NCBI GenBank assembly: GCA_051362555.1
Contig: CM120641.1
Span: 13,454,001 to 13,518,000 of the forward strand
Direction of reading: 5' to 3'
DNA from: Lingula anatina
Taxonomy: Eukaryota > Animalia > Brachiopoda
DNA length: 64,000 nt
Both the position numbers and the translations under genes were made by a program. The first letter of the stretch is position 1; each line of letters starts with the position of its first letter. The notes under the pieces were generated by a model, which saw nothing but the letters and a program-made list of their open reading frames with translations, searched no databases and had not been told where the DNA came from. Positions 62,014 through 64,000 of the stretch are shown one piece after another.

Positions 62014-64000
62014 CTGTAAGAAACAAAATGTGTAGCACACACATAAATTATGCTTTACATGGAATATCATTCCTGAATGCCAGATGGATATTGTTAATTT
62101 TTTAAAGAAAAATGTAAGGTTTCTAAAAGTGATGAGGCTTAAAGAAAGAAATCCAAACACTACAAGTAAAATACTAGTTACTGATAACATTAACATTCCT
62201 GTGGTAGGTGATGAAAAAGTAAAACAATAAAAATATCACTCTTCAGTATATCCATTACAGAAATAAAATTGGAAAACCATTTCATAAACCTGACAATCAA
62301 CATATCAGATACTTTCAATGACATAGATATACAAACCTTTGCTTATATAAACAGCACCAAGTACCATCATAACTAAAATAACCATCACCTATTAAATACT
62401 ATCTATAACATACTAAACAAAATTATGTCTAAAGCTCATTCACATTTCAAAAACATGGACAGGTTTAAATATCAGAACCTTAATGATACCTGAAACATTG
62501 CCTTTAACAGTCAACATATCTATAATGTGATGATCAGGTTGGCAAACTATACCAACATTAGTCTATTTCCTTTTTCTTTAGCATTAATCTTCAATGTCTT
62601 CTTCCAAACAGAGCATAAGCCAGCCACCAAAGTGTTCCCTTTCACCACTCAACACACAAAATTAATAGAAAAACTTTTCTTCACATAAAAAAAGACACAA
62701 AGATCTTTTTCTACTCTGGAAGCAATATTTGTAAATCCAATCCACTCTCAAGTCAAAGTTAAAAGCTTTCACCATCAATTTTCAATGCATTACTCAGCAT
62801 TCTACATTTTCACCAGACTAGTCACCCACCCAACACCTCAAGTCATTACTATGTCATGGTCTCTGTGAGTTTATTTCACATAAAACTAACTCTGGAGTTC
62901 TACAGTTCTGAAAAATGACTCGTTATAAAGTTTTCAAAAAATAGTTTTCTTTTCAAATGTCTTCCTCATATTTTCAAAACTGGGATATTTTAAGTATACT
63001 AGATAACACTACTATGAAACAAACTGAGACCATGAAATAGCCATTAATATTTCACAAGTTTTGCACCTTCATTCTGAACACTAGGAGGTGGCGCTGTCTC
63101 ACTAGGAACTGGAAAGCAAAGCAAGCACACCATATTAGAACAGTTGGGGTTTATTTATAGACAACTGAGCATTTTGGACAAGTCCCAGCTTAACTAAATT
63201 TCCTGCAGAAAATGCAAAACACTTTATCATACAAAAATCAATCAATATTACAAATTGAATTAAAGTTAACTCAAGTCACCTCTCAATTGATTGATTTGAC
63301 TGATATTTCATATGAATGCTAGTTCTATCTTGAGAGCCATGGGGTAATATTTCAATCAATGAAAGGTTGGAAACAACTAGGATAGAGCTGAAAGTAACGT
63401 TGGTATGGCAAGGTCCCATTAATCAAATGGCATGGCAAAGAAGTTGTGTGTGGATATGGCAAAGACTTTTTCTGCAATATTGGGGTTCAAACAGACACTA
63501 ATAGGCTGAAAAGAGAAAAGTCATGCACATGACTGAGTCTAAAGAGATAATATTCAGGTTGTAAGAGACAATTGCAGATATTGCAATACAAATTGCATAT
63601 TGAACCAGACAAAGTGTACTTCACATTTGCACTTATATAAATTTGCAAAACAATTTACTAGTTTGTTTCTTCTCCAACCTATACTTAACTAGACAGTGTG
63701 ATTCACTAAAGGCACACCCAGAACCAAATAGTTTGACCTGATGCCAAAAGATCACACTGCTTCAAAGCATTCTGGTGAAATCAGTTCTACTATTTTCAGT
63801 TAATAAGATTCAGAATGCCCCTCAAAATACACTGTATATTATAAAAGCAAAACCATAAACATTTCTTTTAACATTCTAGATTAATTTCCCAGAATATGGC
63901 TTGTCTTTAAAAATAGTTTGAATGTTTCACTTTAATACCCAGTAGACTGCACGATCCATTTAACACACAACCCACAACATTTACATATAGCATTTCACAG

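Overview
AT-rich, intron-rich eukaryotic (animal) genomic DNA. The Helentron-like repeats suggest a marine invertebrate such as a lophotrochozoan, but that is an inference. Six protein-coding genes can be read from splice sites and translations: (1) an LRR-mucin-FN3-TM receptor (+, 382-3324) that appears nested antisense in an intron of (2) ATG2 (-, 5' part, 13456 to 4767, continuing off the left edge); (3) TANGO1/MIA3-cTAGE5 family (-, 37370-16063); (4) an intronless, divergent rhodopsin-class 7TM protein with a roughly 500-aa third loop (+, 46798-49203); (5) an SRSF4/5/6 (B52/SRp55) splicing factor (-, 55946-50840); (6) the 3' end of FEZ/UNC-76 (-, 62013-59790). Repeats include three Helentron-like elements with internal satellites, two decayed Tc1 transposases, an RTE LINE fragment and many MITEs. 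The most striking signal is the SR-protein locus. It has two tandem-duplicated, probably mutually exclusive exons with RBFOX motifs downstream, a 36-nt cassette exon bracketed by a perfect inverted repeat, a 17-nt frameshifting microexon splitting SWQDLKD, and two intronic C/D snoRNAs sharing a 28S guide and an orphan guide. Also notable: a tandem pair of minimal hammerhead ribozymes (39567-39736) and two 23-26 bp P-element-like footprints with 7-bp target duplications. All calls were made by eye; no database search was run.
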